Virus record (IMG/VR): IMGVR_UViG_3300042455_000638
Reading direction: 5' to 3' (one strand)
Source of the DNA: a virus
DNA length: 64,000 bases
Below are positions 23,808 through 34,064 of this stretch, in pieces (positions within the stretch are counted from its first letter, which is position 1; every line of letters starts with the position of its first letter). The translations under genes and the position numbers were made by a program. The notes under the pieces were generated by a model. It did not search any database. It saw only the letters and a list, made by a program, of their open reading frames with translations, and was not told the DNA's origin.

Positions 23808-24854
23808 ATGACTACCCCAGCGTTACCGTCGTTTCAGATGCTGCAGCAACAGGCTGCCACACCACAACCGAACATACCGAGTGCTCCGTCTGGGGGAGCG
23901 AACAACCCTCCCGTCCCGGTTCCACAACCGGGCGGGATGGGTTTACCAACTCCCCAGCCACAAGCTCCTCAGTTCATACCACCTGTGGCTCCCGCACGGG
24001 ACCCGTTTCTGATCCAACTTGAACAGTCGAACCGATTGCCACCTGGCCGGTTCAACACGGTGCAGGAAGCGTTCGACGCGATCTACACTCTGGCTGAACA
24101 ACAGGAGTCAGAACTTGACCGATTCAAAGCCCAGCCCGTTGTAGCCCCGGCACCACCGGTAACACCTGCAGCTCCGGCTGAAGACCTCAACAAGATGGCA
24201 ATGGCTTTCCAGCAGAACGGCTGGATGGCTCTTGAGAACGGGCAGTGGGTCGCCAAGCAACCTGCTGCTGGACAACTGGCCCAGCAACTCAACCACCAAA
24301 TCCTCGAAGCACAGGCTCGTCAGGCTGAACTGTCTGACCCTTCTGCGTTCATCGCTAAGTACGGCAAGACGGCAATCGAGCAATACCTGACTCCACTCCA
24401 GAAAGAGATGGAAGCCCTGAGGCAGCAGAACCTGCAGCTCCAGATGGATATTGCGAAGAGTACTCCGAAACCACACGAAGCGTGGGTCAAGCAGAACGAG
24501 GCTGTGTTATGGACGACCGATCAGAGTGGGACACGTACACCATCCGCAGTGGGAAAAGTGTACGCCGATGCTTGGGACATGGCTGCGAGCTACAACCTGA
24601 GTGCCGAGGATGTTCACAAGTTCGCCATGACGGCGGCCACCCCATACATAACAACTGTGACGCAGCAGGCTCCTCAGCCACAGCCGCCACAACCTTGGAT
24701 GCAACAGGTTCTTCAGAACCCGCCAGCACAGAACCCGGCGTTTAATGCTCCGGGAACTTTCCTTAACAACAGCGTTTCACCCCAACAACGAGACGTAACC
24801 TTGGATAACGATGGGCTTCCATCGTTCGCCAGATTACAAGCCCTTCCGCAATAA
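23808..24854 (+). CDS. Scaffolding-like protein (Pro/Gln-rich ends, central coiled coil)
   Basis: Composition and its position directly upstream of the capsid-like gene. AAGGA RBS. Confidence 0.4.
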   Translation: MTTPALPSFQMLQQQAATPQPNIPSAPSGGANNPPVPVPQPGGMGLPTPQPQAPQFIPPVAPARDPFLIQLEQSNRLPPGRFNTVQEAFDAIYTLAEQQESELDRFKAQPVVAPAPPVTPAAPAEDLNKMAMAFQQNGWMALENGQWVAKQPAAGQLAQQLNHQILEAQARQAELSDPSAFIAKYGKTAIEQYLTPLQKEMEALRQQNLQLQMDIAKSTPKPHEAWVKQNEAVLWTTDQSGTRTPSAVGKVYADAWDMAASYNLSAEDVHKFAMTAATPYITTVTQQAPQPQPPQPWMQQVLQNPPAQNPAFNAPGTFLNNSVSPQQRDVTLDNDGLPSFARLQALPQ

Positions 24855-24867
24855 CACGGAGTAGCAC

Positions 24868-26010
24868 ATGCCTGGTCATACACTTAATGCAGCAACCGTC
24901 AACGGACATATCAATCAAGTCCGTGACTTGGCTCCGAAGTACTGGAAGGGCGTTTCTGACTTGACAGTCCGAAACTACCTGACGTTCTTCAATCTGATGA
25001 AGTGGGGGAGCATCACATACAATGCTCGATCACACACTCAGATGTGGAATGCCCGAGTCCGACAGCCACAGGTTGTTCCGGCGATCGACGGTCAACCAAT
25101 CGAGTTCGTCAACACCGACACCGATATTCAGTTCTACATCGGCATGAAGGGGTACCGAGGTACCGACTACTTGCCGGAACTGGAGTACCTGCAGGCTCAG
25201 GGAGCACCTGAGCAGATCAGTGACCGGTACACCCGCAAGTCCAAAGAACTTGCTCAGGCGATGATGGAACGACTCAGCCATTCTTATTACAAGGATGGTA
25301 ACCTGGCTGCCAACGTGTATGACTTCGTGGGCATGAAAACCCCACTGTCTTACGCGGCCGGTACGGTGACTTCGGCCGACAAGGTTGCCCGACCAAACGG
25401 CAGCTACGCTGGCCAGTCTTGTGCTCTTGGCAACCTTGGTGGAACTTGGTCTGGCGACTTGGCTGTAAGCCCGAACGCTAACTTGGACAAGGACTGGCCT
25501 TTCGGTCAGGGTTCAAGCGAGTATGACGGCACGAGCCCACTGATCGTCAACTACGCTTCAACCGCCTGGGGAACTGCTCAGACCGACTGGGCCTCAAACG
25601 CAATCGCTGCGACGAGCTACGCTCAGACGGCGATGCTGCACAGAGGTGGTCAGTCAATGGTCGGAGCCATGCCGAACGTGGTCATGGCATCTGAAATGTT
25701 CACGGACTTCAAAAACAGTTTCCGTGAGAACAACCGACAGATGATGCCGTTCCGCGACGGTGACCTCGGCTACCCGGGCGAGACCCTGATGGTCGACGGA
25801 ATGGTCTACAGCATGGACTACGCTGTCCCAACCGGCGAGGCTTACATGTACTTGCCGCAGTACGTGGAAGCGTTCTTCGTCCACAACCAGATTTACGGTG
25901 CTCAGGGTCCTGACTACTCAGTCAAGGACGTTGGATACCTGTACTACGTAAGTTGCTACGGCAACTACAAGTTCCTGCCGAAGTACATGGCTCGCTTCAT
26001 CGCAGTGTGA
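24868..26010 (+). CDS. Putative major capsid protein
   Basis: 380 aa. Sits in a two-gene cassette with a scaffold-like gene, bracketed by strong terminators, consistent with high late expression. Assignment is by context only. Confidence 0.4.
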   Translation: MPGHTLNAATVNGHINQVRDLAPKYWKGVSDLTVRNYLTFFNLMKWGSITYNARSHTQMWNARVRQPQVVPAIDGQPIEFVNTDTDIQFYIGMKGYRGTDYLPELEYLQAQGAPEQISDRYTRKSKELAQAMMERLSHSYYKDGNLAANVYDFVGMKTPLSYAAGTVTSADKVARPNGSYAGQSCALGNLGGTWSGDLAVSPNANLDKDWPFGQGSSEYDGTSPLIVNYASTAWGTAQTDWASNAIAATSYAQTAMLHRGGQSMVGAMPNVVMASEMFTDFKNSFRENNRQMMPFRDGDLGYPGETLMVDGMVYSMDYAVPTGEAYMYLPQYVEAFFVHNQIYGAQGPDYSVKDVGYLYYVSCYGNYKFLPKYMARFIAV

Positions 26011-26027
26011 TAGCTGGCTGAATTGAT

Positions 26028-26058
26028 AGCCCGGCCTTAACCGGCCGGGCTCTTTCTC
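26028..26058 (+). terminator. Intrinsic terminator after capsid-like gene
   Basis: AGCCCGGCC-TTAACC-GGCCGGGCT then CTTTCTCCC. Stem sequence identical to the terminator at 53507. Confidence 0.6.
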
Positions 26059-26093
26059 CCTGATACCCTTCTCCACATTTCGGAGTGATTGAT

Positions 26094-26624
26094 ATGACCT
26101 GTAACATCCAGCAACAACTCGGTGAACTTGATATCGTCAAGGACGACAACGCCCTCGGTACGGTCAAGCATTTCCGCGACCTGAACATGACGTTCCCAAA
26201 TTTCTGGACGCTCAACTCGCAGACGTCCGTGAAAGCCATCTTCGTTCGAAACGATTCGGGCGGAACCTTGGGGAGTGGCCTTGGTGTCACTTACAAAAGT
26301 GGCGGGATTGGGAAGACCATTGGTTCTCTTAGCGGTGCCAACCTTCGCTGTGACGGCGTGGTTGACCCCTTCCTCGGTGTCGGTGTAACCGTCCCGGACC
26401 AGTCATACTTCTGGCTGATCATTGAAGGACCAATCGACGTTGAGATCGGCGTGGGAGATATCACTGCTAACGCTGTCGTGCAGACCATCGCGTCCGGCAA
26501 GTTCGCTACAGGTACTGCCGGTACCAACCCACTCGGTCACAGCGGGATCTGTCAGACGGCTGCGGTGTCCGGTGCTCGTGCCCGAGTTTACTTTCAGAAT
26601 CCATTCTCCGTCGTCAAAGGTTGA
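26094..26624 (+). CDS. Hypothetical virion protein (possible head decoration or minor capsid protein)
   Basis: GGAG RBS. Flanked by terminators at 26028-26058 and 26646-26710. Confidence 0.4.
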   Translation: MTCNIQQQLGELDIVKDDNALGTVKHFRDLNMTFPNFWTLNSQTSVKAIFVRNDSGGTLGSGLGVTYKSGGIGKTIGSLSGANLRCDGVVDPFLGVGVTVPDQSYFWLIIEGPIDVEIGVGDITANAVVQTIASGKFATGTAGTNPLGHSGICQTAAVSGARARVYFQNPFSVVKG

Positions 26625-26645
26625 TAACACACCCGCCGCACCTCT

Positions 26646-26710
26646 CGCACGTCAACGTCAACGTACGTCCGTGCTGACGTGCATCTGGGCGGGTTCTCTC
26701 TTTCTCTTCG
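26646..26710 (+). terminator. Weak terminator-like hairpin + pyrimidine tract
   Basis: GCACGTCA...TGACGTGC 8-bp stem with long loop, then TCTCTCTTTCTCTTC. Confidence 0.3.
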
Positions 26711-26878
26711 CCCTCACCGGCTATGCAAGGTGGTGATCCTACTATGCTACCGCTCAGTCCTCCACCCGCAATTCATGGTACGTCTACAGCTCAGCCTGTG
26801 AGTGCAGGGAACCCTATCCAGGTTCCCCTGACACCTGCGACTCAGAAGTGACATGACCACTAACCAAGACCAAGCAGA

Positions 26879-26917
26879 GGGGCAGGCAGGTTCGACCTGT
26901 CTGCCCCTTTCTGTTTT
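26879..26917 (+). terminator. Intrinsic terminator between capsid cassette and terminase genes
   Basis: GGGGCAGGCAGG-TTCGA-CCTGTCTGCCCC followed by TTTCTGTTTT. Confidence 0.55.
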
Positions 26918-26927
26918 CCCAGGCCGC

Positions 26928-27530
26928 ATGATATGCAAAGGCATGTGCGGTATGCCGGTCAAGCAACTCTCCCCCAGAGGTTTCTGTATGTCCTGCGAAG
27001 ATGAGGTAAAGACGGCAAGCACCATTGCTGTGCTGGCCACGAGTACCCCGGCCAAACCCGGGCGAGGATTCAGGGAGGCATTAGCTGAGGTACGCCGCTC
27101 AGGCAGGCCACTCACGCTCGACATGGCTGAGGCCGCAGAAGAAGCTCTCGGCGGTGCGGGCAACCTCGCCAAAATGATCGTAGATGACCTCAAGCGGGTG
27201 AAGGGCGAACACCTTGACCCGGAGCTGCAGGTCTTCCACGAGACCGACTGGAAGGTAGCCAAAGGTTTGACCGAGATGCTGGTCAACATCTTTCAGGCAC
27301 GAGATAAGCTGGCCGGTGATACAGGGGACCCGCTGGCCGACGTCAGCGAAGCAGACCTCATGGCTATCGCAAGCCAAGCTGCGTTGCTTCAGATCGAGAC
27401 CGACGCTGAGTTCAGGATAAAGATCCTCGACGCGATTATCGAAGCAGACCCAGACGCTGTTGTGGCTGCGGCTGGTCGAGCCCTCGATAAGATTGAAGCC
27501 GGTCCGAGAGTGGAGGTCATCGACGTATGA
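26928..27530 (+). CDS. Putative terminase small subunit with N-terminal zinc ribbon
   Basis: Immediately upstream of and ATGA-coupled to the large terminase. About 200 aa with C-x3-C...C-x2-C at the N-terminus. Start at ATG 26928 is chosen because a terminator hairpin (26879-26917) occupies the longer N-terminal extension. No SD. Confidence 0.4.
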   Translation: MICKGMCGMPVKQLSPRGFCMSCEDEVKTASTIAVLATSTPAKPGRGFREALAEVRRSGRPLTLDMAEAAEEALGGAGNLAKMIVDDLKRVKGEHLDPELQVFHETDWKVAKGLTEMLVNIFQARDKLAGDTGDPLADVSEADLMAIASQAALLQIETDAEFRIKILDAIIEADPDAVVAAAGRALDKIEAGPRVEVIDV

Positions 27531-29296
27531 GCGACCTCATCTCACGAATCAAAGCATCATTGAAAGACAGGCAGGACCTTCAACAAGGCGTTGCTGCAGC
27601 CGCCAAGCTGGTACGTCAGAAGGTCAACGCCCTTGAGATGTTCCGGCCAACGAAGTACCAGGAGGAAGTTGTTCTTAGCGGGGCATCTGAGATCCTGGTC
27701 CAGGGGGCACCACGATCTGGTAAGTCTACTATCGTGGCGGCAATGGCAGCATCGTACCTCACCGGTATGCCTATCACGTTCTCAGACGGGTCTAAGCACT
27801 ACGTGCGGGAGCCCGGCTGGATGGACCGACCGGTCAACATGTGGCTCATCGGTCTGCAGTTGAACCACATCGGACAGACGATCTACCGACTGCTTTGCAA
27901 ACCGGGAGCGTTTGACATCGTCCGAGATAAGACAACAGGTATGTGGAGGTGTTGGCAGCCGGGCGTTGTACCGGGGGACGATGTCATTCCTGTCAACGAA
28001 AGGAAACCATCGCCACCTTTCATCCCGCCGTCCATGATCGAGAAAGAGTCATGGGCCAACAAGGCCGCATTCCAGTTCGAGTCTTTGACGATGAAGGACG
28101 GATCGACCGTCTATGCGTTTGCGTCCTCCGGTGCCGTGAAGCGTGGCGACCCGGTCAACATGATATGGATCGACGAAGAAATCGAGAACAGCGGTCACTA
28201 CGCGGAGTGGCAGTCACGACTGTCTGACCGTAAGGGTCGTATCTTCTGGACGTCATGGCCGGACGCTTCAACAGCGGCACTGCTTGACCTGTATCGACGA
28301 TGCGAGAATCAACGTGAAGAGTTCAACGCCGGTATCCGAAAGAAGCTCGACGTAACTAACTTCAAGTTCACGTCGTTCAAGAACCCGTTCATCGACGAGG
28401 ACGAAAAGCGTAAGCGTATCGAGGGTTGGTCTGAAGATCAGATCACCGCCCGAGCGATGGGTGACTTCGTAGTCGGTAATATCCTTGCGTACCCGGAGTT
28501 CAACAAGCGTATCCACACAGTCGACTATGGCGACGGGCACCCACTGAACGACAAGGTCACGGAGGCTATGCGGCGGCTTAACTGGAACGCTCCAGCCGAC
28601 TGGTGCGTCGACATAATCCTCGACCCGGGTACCGCTCGGCCAGCACTGTTGTGGGTGGCGATACCTCCTGAGTCTTTCTGGGACGACGGGGAGCCGTACC
28701 ACATAGTATTCAGGGAGATGGCGGTCCCACGCATACACGCTGGGGAAATGGCTAGAAGGGCCAAAGCAGCCGACCCTTTCCGATGGTACGCCAGATTTAT
28801 CGGGGACGCCAAGGCGGGCGACCAGACGCCGATGGGGCACGCCCACACGGTATTCCAGAATTACGAGATGGAGTTCCGGAAGGCGGGCTTGCGTTGTCAA
28901 CTGACGGGTGATATGTTTCTCAGGGGAGAGACTGTCTGGGTCAACCGTTCATTGAAGTTGCGTACACTCATGCAGGTACGAACGTCATGCGGCCGACCCC
29001 GGTTTCGGGTTGTAACCCACATGTGCCCCGTGCTTGTCAAACAGTTAGAGACAACGGTGAAAGCCGTTACGAAGGAGGATGTGCAGGACAAGTTAGCTCA
29101 GGGTCAGATTCACGACGTACTCGATACGGCTGAATACTACGCCGGGTTCAACCCGAAGTTCCTCGCACCGCCCCCGAACCAGATCCCAAAGGACCCCGGT
29201 CTCCTCATGTGGGAGGCAGACCAGAAGTTTGTTCAGGACCGTTTCCGCCGAGATAAAGACGACCGCAAGGACAAGATTGTTCTCGGTGCCCCATAG
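27527..29296 (+). CDS. terL: Terminase large subunit
   Basis: Walker A VQGAPRSGKST and Walker B MIWIDEEI. 589 aa, followed by the portal-sized gene. Confidence 0.85.
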   Translation: MSDLISRIKASLKDRQDLQQGVAAAAKLVRQKVNALEMFRPTKYQEEVVLSGASEILVQGAPRSGKSTIVAAMAASYLTGMPITFSDGSKHYVREPGWMDRPVNMWLIGLQLNHIGQTIYRLLCKPGAFDIVRDKTTGMWRCWQPGVVPGDDVIPVNERKPSPPFIPPSMIEKESWANKAAFQFESLTMKDGSTVYAFASSGAVKRGDPVNMIWIDEEIENSGHYAEWQSRLSDRKGRIFWTSWPDASTAALLDLYRRCENQREEFNAGIRKKLDVTNFKFTSFKNPFIDEDEKRKRIEGWSEDQITARAMGDFVVGNILAYPEFNKRIHTVDYGDGHPLNDKVTEAMRRLNWNAPADWCVDIILDPGTARPALLWVAIPPESFWDDGEPYHIVFREMAVPRIHAGEMARRAKAADPFRWYARFIGDAKAGDQTPMGHAHTVFQNYEMEFRKAGLRCQLTGDMFLRGETVWVNRSLKLRTLMQVRTSCGRPRFRVVTHMCPVLVKQLETTVKAVTKEDVQDKLAQGQIHDVLDTAEYYAGFNPKFLAPPPNQIPKDPGLLMWEADQKFVQDRFRRDKDDRKDKIVLGAP

Positions 29297-29313
29297 CCCC
29301 CCCAGGACGTAGT

Positions 29314-29628
29314 ATGAAATCATCAGAACTTGTACGGCAGTATGACATCGGTGAGAACTCACCGCCACACACGGTATGGCTCGGAGACACTGTCTGGTGG
29401 TTCGCCCAGAACGAAACCAGTGGTGTCCCCGCACCGGCCACGGTCTTAGCGTTCTGCGAAGACAACATGGTTAACCTGTCGTACCTGTCTGTCGTTGGTA
29501 CGGGCAAGCAGGTTGTGATCACAGGCGTATGTCTCGTCGGAGATGAACGTCTGGGGAACAACAACTACCGCAAGAACGGGTCGTGGCTTCCACGAACAGC
29601 ATTCGGCGTGTTACCGATTAAGGATTGA
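29314..29628 (+). CDS. Hypothetical protein (104 aa)
   Basis: Track ORF between terminase and portal. Confidence 0.45.
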   Translation: MKSSELVRQYDIGENSPPHTVWLGDTVWWFAQNETSGVPAPATVLAFCEDNMVNLSYLSVVGTGKQVVITGVCLVGDERLGNNNYRKNGSWLPRTAFGVLPIKD

Positions 29629-31811
29629 AGATGCAACCGCTCGACATGGAACAACTGCAGCGATGGGTTCTGGGTCCACTGGTCAACCAGTGGTTCGCCC
29701 GGTTCGGTGCTGCAGAGAAGACGAAGGAGCGGTTCAACGTAATGGCCAAGCTCTGCCGACAGTTCCTCGGCAGCTCGGCTAAGACCATGTGGGAGGACTC
29801 CTTTAGGAAGGAGTTCTACCCATCGGTGTCTCAACCGCAGTTCATGGTCAGCTTGAACAAAGCCTTCGAGCTGGTGGCCATCATTGGACCGAGCTTGTAC
29901 TGGCAGAACCCGACCCGTGAAGTAAAGACTGCAGACACACCGGACCAAGTACAGATCGCTCAGATCCTTGGCCTGACGGACGAGATGCTACTTGAGCAAG
30001 TTAAGCAGCAGCAGGACCAGACTGAAGCTCAACGCACGATGCGTAACAGTCTTGCCACGGTCGTGCTGGAGTACATCGGTCGCCAACACCCGGGCTCGGT
30101 GAAGTCTGACTATGAGATGATAGTTCAGGACGCTCTTGTGACTGGCCGAGGGTGCGGCTGGACCGAGACATACGAAGACAAGGCGACGGGTGCCGCCTGC
30201 GTTGGTACGTTCTACGACCCCGTTGATAACCTGTTGATCGACCCGGATGCAAAAGATCCAATCCTACGAGACGTAAAGTGGATTGCCCGGCGACATCAGG
30301 AACCAGCGTGGGTCGTTGAACGTCGCTTTGGATACCCACCGGGATACCTCTACGGACGGGGAACTCACACCAGCTTTGAGTTCGCCACAAAGGGTTCCGT
30401 ACAGGCCGACACCCAGACCCTGTATCAAGACCAAGTCGAGTGGTACGAGGTCTGGTCAACAGGGGGTATCGGAGCCCGAGTTGCTGGAGTACACGGGGAC
30501 TACGGTCAAGCCATCGACAGGTTGACCGGGGACAACTGCTACCTATGTCTATGTCGGACGGTGCCGCACCCGCTTAACATGCCTCCAGCCTTGATGGCAC
30601 AGGGTACACCTGAGCAAATCCTTGAAGCCTTGAAGTGGAGAACAGCTCGGTACGGTTCGGTCTGTGAGTTGTGGAAGGACCGCAAGTGGCCTGTCGAGGT
30701 CATGGACTTCTACCCAGTCATCAACACTACGTGGCCTATGGCTGTACTCGGCCCAGGCATCGGTTCGTTGCTGGCCATGAATATCCTGCTTGTCACCCAT
30801 CTCGAAATGAGCTGGGATCGACGGCGAGATATCATCGCCATCTACAACGGGTATGAGCAGGAGGTTGAGCAGGCAATCAAGGGCGAGAACAACCCCGCCA
30901 TTATCAAGATCAACCCCGTCTCGAACGTGCGAGTTCAGGACGTTGTGTCCTTCCTGCAGCGGCCTGACATCCAAGGCAACCTGTTGGATTGGCTGCAGTA
31001 CCTCGACAATCAGTTCCAGATGGCAACGGGGCTCGACGACATTCACTACGGGGTTAGCCAGAAGCAGGCCCGCGTTAGTGCCGACGTAAACGCCAAGCAG
31101 AACGCAGCCAACGTCCGGCCAGAGAAGATGGCAACCGATGTCCACAAGTTCGTAGTCAACGTCTCCACGAAGGAGCTGTGGCTTGCGGCTATGTACATGA
31201 AGGGCGAACAGCTCAGGGGCCTACTCGGCCCTTGGGGGTCTATGGCGTGGGACACGATGCTGGGGGCCATGCCCTTCGAAGAGTTGTGCCGTGAGGTAGA
31301 GGTGTGGGTCGAGGCGACCGACATGAGACGACCTAACCGTGACAAGGACATGTCAGACCTGCAGCAGATCAGTCAGTTCCTCATCCCGGCAGCACAGCAG
31401 TATGCAACGGACACGGGCGATAGCAAGCCGATGAATGCTATCATCGCTCGGTTCGGTGAGGCTGCCCAGATACGTGACATTCAGGACTTCTTCTTCGGAG
31501 ACTGGAGACCCCAGCAAGATCCGGCTATGCTTCAGGCTCAGCAACAGGCTGCTGCCCTTGAGTCTCAGAAAACTGCGGCTCAAACTGAAGAGATTAAAGC
31601 GAAGACAGTTGCAAGACTGGTTGATGCTCAGTACAAACAAGGAGGAGCGGCGGCTCCCGCACAGCAGAAGATGCAGTGGAATGACCTGTTCAACCGCCAG
31701 AAAGTTCGTATGCAGGAGGAGGCTCACCTGCAGAAAATGGTTCACCTGCAAGAGCAGCAGGATATCCAGGCAGCGGCTGCAGAGCAGGCTGCGAAGAATA
31801 GAGGTAAGTGA
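29625..31811 (+). CDS. Portal protein candidate
   Basis: 728 aa, immediately downstream of the terminase. C-terminal Q/A-rich coiled coil as in P22-type portals. Confidence 0.55.
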   Translation: MKMQPLDMEQLQRWVLGPLVNQWFARFGAAEKTKERFNVMAKLCRQFLGSSAKTMWEDSFRKEFYPSVSQPQFMVSLNKAFELVAIIGPSLYWQNPTREVKTADTPDQVQIAQILGLTDEMLLEQVKQQQDQTEAQRTMRNSLATVVLEYIGRQHPGSVKSDYEMIVQDALVTGRGCGWTETYEDKATGAACVGTFYDPVDNLLIDPDAKDPILRDVKWIARRHQEPAWVVERRFGYPPGYLYGRGTHTSFEFATKGSVQADTQTLYQDQVEWYEVWSTGGIGARVAGVHGDYGQAIDRLTGDNCYLCLCRTVPHPLNMPPALMAQGTPEQILEALKWRTARYGSVCELWKDRKWPVEVMDFYPVINTTWPMAVLGPGIGSLLAMNILLVTHLEMSWDRRRDIIAIYNGYEQEVEQAIKGENNPAIIKINPVSNVRVQDVVSFLQRPDIQGNLLDWLQYLDNQFQMATGLDDIHYGVSQKQARVSADVNAKQNAANVRPEKMATDVHKFVVNVSTKELWLAAMYMKGEQLRGLLGPWGSMAWDTMLGAMPFEELCREVEVWVEATDMRRPNRDKDMSDLQQISQFLIPAAQQYATDTGDSKPMNAIIARFGEAAQIRDIQDFFFGDWRPQQDPAMLQAQQQAAALESQKTAAQTEEIKAKTVARLVDAQYKQGGAAAPAQQKMQWNDLFNRQKVRMQEEAHLQKMVHLQEQQDIQAAAAEQAAKNRGK

Positions 31812-32077
31812 TGCTTACGTTAACTGTTGTTTCCGATGGTTCCCCGGCAGATACCCAGACTGCGATCTCGCTGGCGTACAACTCGGGCCTGGCTGTCAAG
31901 GTTCTTGGGCTTGACGGTAAGGAGCTGGGCACTGTCTCAGCATCCCTTGCTATCCCCGAACCGGTCGAGGTGGACGAACCGCACCCGGTGCTTGAGCGAG
32001 AGGTCGCCCCCGAAGTCGCCCCCGAACCAACCGGGGAAGTCACCGGGGAAGTTGTAGTATCGGAATCGAGCCCATGA
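31808..32077 (+). CDS. Hypothetical acidic protein (89 aa)
   Basis: Track ORF. ATGA coupling. Confidence 0.45.
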   Translation: MMLTLTVVSDGSPADTQTAISLAYNSGLAVKVLGLDGKELGTVSASLAIPEPVEVDEPHPVLEREVAPEVAPEPTGEVTGEVVVSESSP

Positions 32078-32709
32078 GTCGCTTCGCAACCCTGAGAGAT
32101 AACCTCGCGTATGACGCTGTCGTAGCTGCAGGACCTCATGCGGTCGAGGCGTTCGAACGTATGCTGGTTAATGGTGAGTCCGTATCTATGGCGACAACGC
32201 TTGCGACCCGGACTCCACCGAGAACTGGCGTGGATGACCGAGTCCTCCAGGCCAACACGAAGTCCGTCTCTGATCAGTTCAAAGGTTGCGAGCCCATGCT
32301 CGACCTGTACCGTAAGAACTACAAGATGAAGACGGGTGAGAACCTTCCGGAAGACGCCGTGGTTTACAGAGGCTTAGCCAAGTACCCCGGGGACCCGGAC
32401 TGTATCGTGACCCACAAGAATACTTTGTCGGACGTTAAGCGTGCGATGAAGAATCGTAACGAGTGGGTCGAAGGTGACTGGGAGAACCATCCAGAGCAGC
32501 AGTGCCCTGAAGGTCAGAAGGTCGCCATGAACGACGTGGCAATGGCCCGGTATAAGTCAGAGTACCGGGCACTGCCCGCGTACGAAGGTGTTGACGATCG
32601 GGACCTTGAAGCTGAGATTCTTCACAACCACTCTCGACCAATGTCGGGCGAGGATTTGATGAACGCAGCGACGAGCCTTGACCAAGTTCACAAGGAGACG
32701 TTCGGGTGA
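32074..32709 (+). CDS. Hypothetical head-morphogenesis protein (211 aa)
   Basis: Track ORF. ATGA coupling. Confidence 0.45.
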   Translation: MSRFATLRDNLAYDAVVAAGPHAVEAFERMLVNGESVSMATTLATRTPPRTGVDDRVLQANTKSVSDQFKGCEPMLDLYRKNYKMKTGENLPEDAVVYRGLAKYPGDPDCIVTHKNTLSDVKRAMKNRNEWVEGDWENHPEQQCPEGQKVAMNDVAMARYKSEYRALPAYEGVDDRDLEAEILHNHSRPMSGEDLMNAATSLDQVHKETFG

Positions 32710-33869
32710 TCACAGTTGACGACATGATGTCCCATATGTCAGTAGCGATTAACCAACCACTCTCTGGCTGGCTGGAGGGAAAGGTTCGTAATGCGGTACT
32801 GTCAGCGTGGGCACGCCTGATGACCCTGCACGAGTGGGCGTACTTCCATCGGATGGGTACTCTCCTGACTTACGCAGGACAAACCACGGGCACCGTCGAC
32901 TTCAGTGTTTCAACTCGGCAAGTAACCCTGACCGGTGGGACGTGGCCGACAAACGCCACGTCTCGCCACATCAGGTTGAACGATAACTGGTACCCGATCT
33001 ACAAGAGAACGAGCAGCACAGTCATCGAGCTATACGCTGGCAAACACCCAGTCGAGAATCTCGATGACGAGTCCTACCTGATCCAACAGGTGGTGTACCC
33101 ACTCCCGCAGGACGTGGGAGATGTGCTGCAAGTTATCGAGGGTATCCAGAACATACAGATGCTGCGGCTAAACCTCGTCGAAGCGTTCCAGCTTCAGGAA
33201 GGTTTAGCCTGGTCACCAATGCTGCCAACCAGCTACGCCTTGGTTGCAGACTCGAATAACCCCCAGTGTTGGAACATGTGGATTCCAACGGAGCAAACGC
33301 AGGACGTTGTTCTGCAGTACATGTACAAGGCACGGAGACCCAACGATGTCCTTACACGAGAGAGTCGTGGAACAGTTACGGTGGCTTCTGGAGTGGCGAC
33401 GTTTTCTGAAGAAGTGGTTACGGCCCTATGGGCCGGTGCCAACGTACTGCTGAGAATCGCCAACAACGATACGCAGACGCCGACAGGTAACTGGGGCGAT
33501 ACACAGGCCGGTGACATCCGGTACAACAGAGATTGTACTGAGGTCCGAGTTGTTGAGCGGTTAACGTCTACCACCTGCCGGGTGTCCAATGCGACGTTAG
33601 CGGTTACTGGAGTGTCATACACGGCGTCAAGTCTCATCGACACAGCCGATGCGACGATGGAGATTCTTGTTGCACGATTAGCGGAGGACGAGTACGGTGC
33701 GAAACCTGTTGGCAATCATTCTGAAATGCTTACGTCCAAAACGCGGCTTGCAGCAGCCTACCTCGAAGCTAAATCCGCTGACGCTAGACGTGTCAGACCA
33801 AAGTCGTCGATCTCTCAATGGTATGGACTTCGCCTACAAGACCTTGGACATGCCTCAGCAAGTTCCTGA
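32706..33869 (+). CDS. Hypothetical virion structural protein (387 aa)
   Basis: Track ORF. Its 3' end overlaps a second frame (33697-34065) that is open up to the next gene. Possible frameshift-extended product. Confidence 0.45.
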   Translation: MITVDDMMSHMSVAINQPLSGWLEGKVRNAVLSAWARLMTLHEWAYFHRMGTLLTYAGQTTGTVDFSVSTRQVTLTGGTWPTNATSRHIRLNDNWYPIYKRTSSTVIELYAGKHPVENLDDESYLIQQVVYPLPQDVGDVLQVIEGIQNIQMLRLNLVEAFQLQEGLAWSPMLPTSYALVADSNNPQCWNMWIPTEQTQDVVLQYMYKARRPNDVLTRESRGTVTVASGVATFSEEVVTALWAGANVLLRIANNDTQTPTGNWGDTQAGDIRYNRDCTEVRVVERLTSTTCRVSNATLAVTGVSYTASSLIDTADATMEILVARLAEDEYGAKPVGNHSEMLTSKTRLAAAYLEAKSADARRVRPKSSISQWYGLRLQDLGHASASS

Positions 33870-34064
33870 CCTTGAGTGGGTAACGACCGCTGATCTTGCC
33901 GTCGAGATTCTCAGACGGTGTGAGATCGGGGTGATTACGATCGGGAAGCAGAAGACAGATCATAAGCACTCGATAGAAGTGTTTACCAAGGGTGCTTTCG
34001 CAAAGAAGATGGTAGTGCTTGAGCAGACCAGAGACTTACTTACAGACGTAGGGGCCGACGAGTA

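Noticed and set aside
26853-26927. Longer N-terminal extension of the TerS candidate (track start 26853)
   Set aside because: The extension would be translated through an intrinsic terminator hairpin plus T-tract (26879-26917). The internal ATG at 26928 gives a complete 4-Cys zinc ribbon.
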